A stretch of DNA of 64,000 nucleotides from an uncultured Actinomycetota bacterium. GTDB lineage: Bacteria; Actinomycetota; Actinomycetes; Mycobacteriales; Mycobacteriaceae. This document shows positions 60,524 to 64,000 of this stretch, piece after piece. Every line of letters starts with the position of its first letter. The first letter of the stretch is position 1. The stretch spans positions 28,407 to 92,406 of the forward strand of contig CAVVCM010000005.1 of NCBI GenBank assembly GCA_963746755.1, given 5' to 3'. Below the pieces are notes generated by a model. It did not search any database and was not told the origin of the DNA. It worked only from the letters and a program-made list of their open reading frames with translations. The position numbers and the translations under genes were made by a program.

Positions 60524-61522
60524 TCAGAGCCAGTCGCGACGCCGGAACATCACGTAGAGCACCACCATCAGAACGGCTATCACGCTGGTGCTGGCGATGA
60601 AACCCGTGATCGTGCCGAAGCCGGGGTAGGGGATGTTTTGGCCGTAATAGCCCGTGATCGCGGTCGGGACAGCGATGATGGCCGCCCACCCGGTCAACTT
60701 CTTCATGACGGTGTTGAGCCGGGCGTCTTGCAGGGACAGGTTCGTTTCGAAAATGGTTGTGATCATGTCGCGTAGCGACTCTGTCCATTCCGATACCCGA
60801 AGCACGTGGTCATACAAGTCGGCGTAAAGCGGGTCGAGTTCGCGGGCGGCCTCGGCATGAAGGCGGTGGTGCTGAATGGAGTTGACGACTTCCCGCATCG
60901 GTAGCGCTACCCGCCGCAAGTTCACGAGGTCTCTGCGCATCTGGAATGTTCGTCGCTGAAAGCTTCCCTTGGGCGACTCGCCGTCGAACAGCTCGTCCTC
61001 GATGGCTTCGACGCAGTCGTCCAGCGCCTCCACGGCCGCGAAATGACTGTCGACCACGACGTCGAGCAATCCGTGCACCAATGCGCCGACACCGTACTGC
61101 TGACCGCCGATCTCATCCCATCGCCGCGTGACCCGGCCCATGTCGAAGTCGGGCGTCAGGCGCACCGTGATCAGACCCCGGGGAAGTACGAACGCCGAAA
61201 TCCGGCGCATCGACAGAATCGGCTGTGGGTTGTCGGCGGCGTCCGCGACGACGTCCATGGCGTACACGGTGAAGAACGTGTGGGTGGGGTAGGCGGTGGC
61301 TTTGACGCGCTCCGCTGCCGCCACAGCGTCTTCGACGGCCCAGTCGTTCAGACCGAGTTCGGCCGCCAGGTCGCGCAGCATGTCGTGGTCCGGATCGCAC
61401 AAATCGACCCACACTAGGCTGTCGGGCTCGCTGAGGTAACCGGAAATCTTGTCGAACTCGAAGTCGTCCTGCTGTTTACCGCAGCGCCATACGCGACCCT
61501 GGATGTTAGGCGCGACCTGCAC
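60524..61522 (-). CDS. CorA-family divalent cation channel with GQN signature
   Basis: 332 aa. Cytoplasmic alpha/beta domain, then two C-terminal TM helices flanking YGQNIPYPG where CorA normally has YGMNF. Confidence 0.75.
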   Translation of the reverse strand: MQVAPNIQGRVWRCGKQQDDFEFDKISGYLSEPDSLVWVDLCDPDHDMLRDLAAELGLNDWAVEDAVAAAERVKATAYPTHTFFTVYAMDVVADAADNPQPILSMRRISAFVLPRGLITVRLTPDFDMGRVTRRWDEIGGQQYGVGALVHGLLDVVVDSHFAAVEALDDCVEAIEDELFDGESPKGSFQRRTFQMRRDLVNLRRVALPMREVVNSIQHHRLHAEAARELDPLYADLYDHVLRVSEWTESLRDMITTIFETNLSLQDARLNTVMKKLTGWAAIIAVPTAITGYYGQNIPYPGFGTITGFIASTSVIAVLMVVLYVMFRRRDWL

Positions 61523-61559
61523 GAGGCCATCCTCTCAGCGGCGTGATCGCCAGCGGCCC

Positions 61560-62225
61560 TCAGTAGGTGGATATCTCGTCCTCGGCAGGTAAATCGCCGG
61601 TGACCATGAAGATGACGCGGCGGCCGACTTCCACTGCGTGGTCGGCGAAGCGCTCGTAAAAGCGGCCCAGCAACGCCGTTTCCACACCCACCGAGATGTC
61701 GTGCTTCCAATGGTTATCTATCAGTACGCTGAATAGCTGCCTATATAGCTCATCCATGGCGTCGTCTTGTTCGTGAAGCTGGGCGGCCTGCTGCGGGTCG
61801 CGGGATATCAGCACCTGTTTTGCGCTGTCGCCCAACACAATCGCCACCTTGGCCATGTCAGCGAAGCACCCACGGACTTCCTCGGGAAGCACCTGCTTCG
61901 GATACTTGCGCCGGGCGATCTTGGCGACGTGCACGGCCAACGCACCCATTCGTTCCGTGTCGGCGATGATCTGTATAGCGCTGAAGATGGCCCGCAGCTC
62001 ACCGGCAACCGGTTGCTGTAACGCCAGCAGCGCGAAAGCTTCTTTTTCGGCTTGCGCTCGCATCGCCACCATCCGCTCGTGGTCGCGGATCACCTGTTCA
62101 GCGGCGTCAATGTCAGCCTCTAGCAGTGCCTGGGTTGCGCGCTTCATGGCTTCCCCGGCCAGGCCGCACATCTCTCCCAGGTGCGTGGTCAAATCGGCTA
62201 GCTGCTTGTGGTAGGCGGTTCGCAT
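61560..62225 (-). CDS. phoY1: PhoU-family phosphate signalling protein PhoY1
   Basis: ATG 62225 ([19 protein letters not shown]), 221 aa with GGAGAGG RBS. Two PhoU repeats ([11 protein letters not shown] / [10 protein letters not shown]). Confidence 0.88.
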   Translation of the reverse strand: MRTAYHKQLADLTTHLGEMCGLAGEAMKRATQALLEADIDAAEQVIRDHERMVAMRAQAEKEAFALLALQQPVAGELRAIFSAIQIIADTERMGALAVHVAKIARRKYPKQVLPEEVRGCFADMAKVAIVLGDSAKQVLISRDPQQAAQLHEQDDAMDELYRQLFSVLIDNHWKHDISVGVETALLGRFYERFADHAVEVGRRVIFMVTGDLPAEDEISTY

Positions 62226-62511
62226 GTGATGCCTCTCCGAGCCCGTCGCGATATCCCTTTGAGCGCAACGGTAACGGCTCGAGAGCTTTTCACAAGTGAC
62301 TAAAGCCACCCTAAAGTGGACCCAAACGGCTCCTGCCCCGTGACGCCGCTGCCGGTTAAGCTGCGGGGGTTACCGCAACGGCGCCGAGGGCACTCGGACA
62401 ATTTCAACCAAGAAACGTGTGTACTGATCAGGTGCCTTACATGTCCACCGTAGAAGGGCGTGACCGCTTAGCGGCACGCCTTGGCGGGCTGGCTTGTGCT
62501 GGGAGAATGCA

Positions 62512-64000
62512 GTGATCACGCGACGTGGACTGTCGGGGGTTGGCCTGCTGACAGCTCCGTTGCGGGCCGCCGCCGCGGGCACCCGGATGGCGGTTACCGC
62601 GAGCGCTGTCGCCGCGGGCACGGCCGCAGGCACCGCCCTGTTGGGCGGCAGCGTCGCGGCGAGCATGGGCAGGTCATTGGCGCGTGCCGCGCCGGACGTT
62701 TCGGCGTTGAGCCGCGCGGCGGCGGGGGTGACGATCGAGGCGATAGGTGGGCCGCCGACACGGCGTAGTAGCAGCAACGGTCCGCGGCGCTGGATCGAGG
62801 TGCGCGGCCTCGAGGGTGAACATGCCTCGGTGATCGCCGCCGACGTGCTGGCGGCCGTCCGCGCAACGCCCGGCGTGCGGCAGGCCTTCCTGAACTTCAC
62901 CCTGGCGCGGCTAGTGGTCACCCTGGACACCGATGCCGCCGACGGACCGTCGGCGGCAGAGCTGTGCCGGATCGTCGCCGACGCCGAACGACGCGACCGG
63001 ACGCGTGCCGCGCGACAGCACCCGACCAGCCTGCCGGGCGATGATGCGCTACTGATGGCGCGAATGGTGGCAGCCACCGCCGCCTCTGTGAGCCTTGGCC
63101 TTTCACTGACCGGAAGCCTGCTGCGATTGCCTCGACTGCCCGACTTGGTGGCCGTGCCGCCGACGGTGGCCGATCACCTGCCGCGAGTGCGCCGAGAACT
63201 GGAGCGACGACTCGGGCCGGAGGCCACCGATGTGTTGTTCGGCCTCGTCAACGCCGCGACGGCCGCGTTGACGGTGTCGCCGACGGCGGCGGTCGCGGAG
63301 GCCGCCACCCGCACAATGCTGGTGGCCGAGGCTTGGAACGGTCGGCTGACGTGGTCTCGGCATGAGCCCGGGCTGGCCAGCCAGCCGATGCCGGACGACG
63401 TGGCCTTGACACCCAAAAGCAGCCCGAGTCCGCCCGACGGGCCCGCGGAACGCTACGCCAACCGCATCGGTCTGGCCGGCATCGGCGCCGCCGCTGTGGT
63501 CGGTCTGCTGTCACGCAACCTCGACACGGCCGGTGCCGCCGCGCTGGCTGCCGTCCCAAAGCCGTTGCGCACCGTCCGGGAGGCATTCGGCTGTGCGATG
63601 AGCCACGGCCTTTCTACCCGTCACGACGCGCTGGTGCTGCGTCCCCGTACCCTGCGGACACTCGACCGGATTGACGCGATCATGATCGACCCGCGAGCGC
63701 TGTACACCGACGAATTGATGGTCAGCCGCGTTCTGGGGGTGGAGAATTCGGTACGCGCCCATGCCTGGGAAGCGGTTCGAGCCGCACTCGACAATGACGG
63801 CCTGAAGCCCGGATGGCACAAGCTGGCTGCTATTCCCGGAGCCGGCAGCTCCGGCGAAGCGCTGATCAGCCCGGTTCGCGATCCGTTTGCCGCGGCGGTG
63901 CTTACCGAAGCGCGACAGTCGCAGCCGCGGGTCTATTCCCTCGATGACGACGGATTACGTTCTCTGGCACAAGGTTTCGACCAACTATATCCCTCAGATG
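62512..64000 (+). CDS. N-terminal part of a large CtpH/CtpI-like cation-transporting P-type ATPase (runs off the window)
   Basis: The frame is open from GTG 62512 (GGGAGAA RBS) to the window end, so it is not in the ORF track. It has an HMA-like segment RRWIEVRGLEGEHASVIAADVLAAVRATPGVRQAFLNFTLARLVVTL and LDRIDAIMIDPRAL, resembling the long N-terminal regions of M. tuberculosis CtpI/CtpH as I recall them. Confidence 0.5.
   Translation, partial: MITRRGLSGVGLLTAPLRAAAAGTRMAVTASAVAAGTAAGTALLGGSVAASMGRSLARAAPDVSALSRAAAGVTIEAIGGPPTRRSSSNGPRRWIEVRGLEGEHASVIAADVLAAVRATPGVRQAFLNFTLARLVVTLDTDAADGPSAAELCRIVADAERRDRTRAARQHPTSLPGDDALLMARMVAATAASVSLGLSLTGSLLRLPRLPDLVAVPPTVADHLPRVRRELERRLGPEATDVLFGLVNAATAALTVSPTAAVAEAATRTMLVAEAWNGRLTWSRHEPGLASQPMPDDVALTPKSSPSPPDGPAERYANRIGLAGIGAAAVVGLLSRNLDTAGAAALAAVPKPLRTVREAFGCAMSHGLSTRHDALVLRPRTLRTLDRIDAIMIDPRALYTDELMVSRVLGVENSVRAHAWEAVRAALDNDGLKPGWHKLAAIPGAGSSGEALISPVRDPFAAAVLTEARQSQPRVYSLDDDGLRSLAQGFDQLYPSD

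Noticed and set aside
62252-62276. SigF-like motif upstream of phoY1 (minus strand CGTTACCGTTGCGCTCAAAGGGATA)
   Set aside because: The -10 reads GGGATA rather than GGGTAT, and the -35 is only GTTA or CGTT. With two or three mismatches this is not distinguishable from chance in my judgement.
1-64000. Scan for CRISPR arrays, tRNA/rRNA genes, IS elements, integrases, toxin-antitoxin pairs or defence-island genes
   Set aside because: I recognised none by eye. The only repeats are the 54-bp and 18-bp tandem duplications and short palindromes reported above. A tRNAscan, Rfam or ISfinder run would be needed to be certain.

Overview
High-GC (roughly two-thirds G+C by eye) mycobacterial chromosome segment. 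Gene order is collinear, from my memory of H37Rv, with M. tuberculosis Rv3258c to Rv3301c: whiB2, fbiA-fbiB, mamA-like methylase, manB-wbbL1-rmlD, LCP protein, Rv3269-ctpC, fadE25, purE-purK, birA, accD5-accE5, maf, sseA, sufE-like, accA3, sigF-rsbW-usfY, lat-lrpA-Rv3292-pcd, TetR, lhr, nei, lpqC, atsB, phoY1. It is not M. tuberculosis itself, because several blocks differ. (1) A NUDIX gene is coupled to the methylase. (2) An acyl-CoA synthetase plus SAM-methyltransferase pair sits before the Rv3272-like CoA-transferase. (3) The whole pknD-pstS2-pstB-pstS1-pstC1-pstA2 block (Rv0931c-Rv0936 equivalents) lies where Rv3273 would be. (4) A decayed two-component system follows it. (5) Two tandem small secreted CxC peptides lie next to atsB. 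(6) A corA-like plus mgtA-like pair sits between atsB and phoY1. I saw no rRNA, tRNA, CRISPR array, intact IS element or phage genes. I found no convincing evidence for a new multi-gene system; most of the window is conserved housekeeping. The best leads are a perfect 2 x 54 bp MIRU-like tandem repeat abutting the ctpC stop, and a response-regulator pseudogene with a 17-bp palindromic CTAG-flanked insertion, an 18-bp tandem duplication and an internal deletion, next to a chimeric kinase remnant. Further leads are a perfect SigF-consensus promoter between lat and the Rv3289c-like/usfY genes, an enlarged usfY-rsbW spacer with a hidden 49-codon membrane ORF, the paired small secreted peptides, and a CorA-like protein with GQN instead of GMN. 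All product calls come from reading the translations. No database search was run, and many start codons are my own choice.
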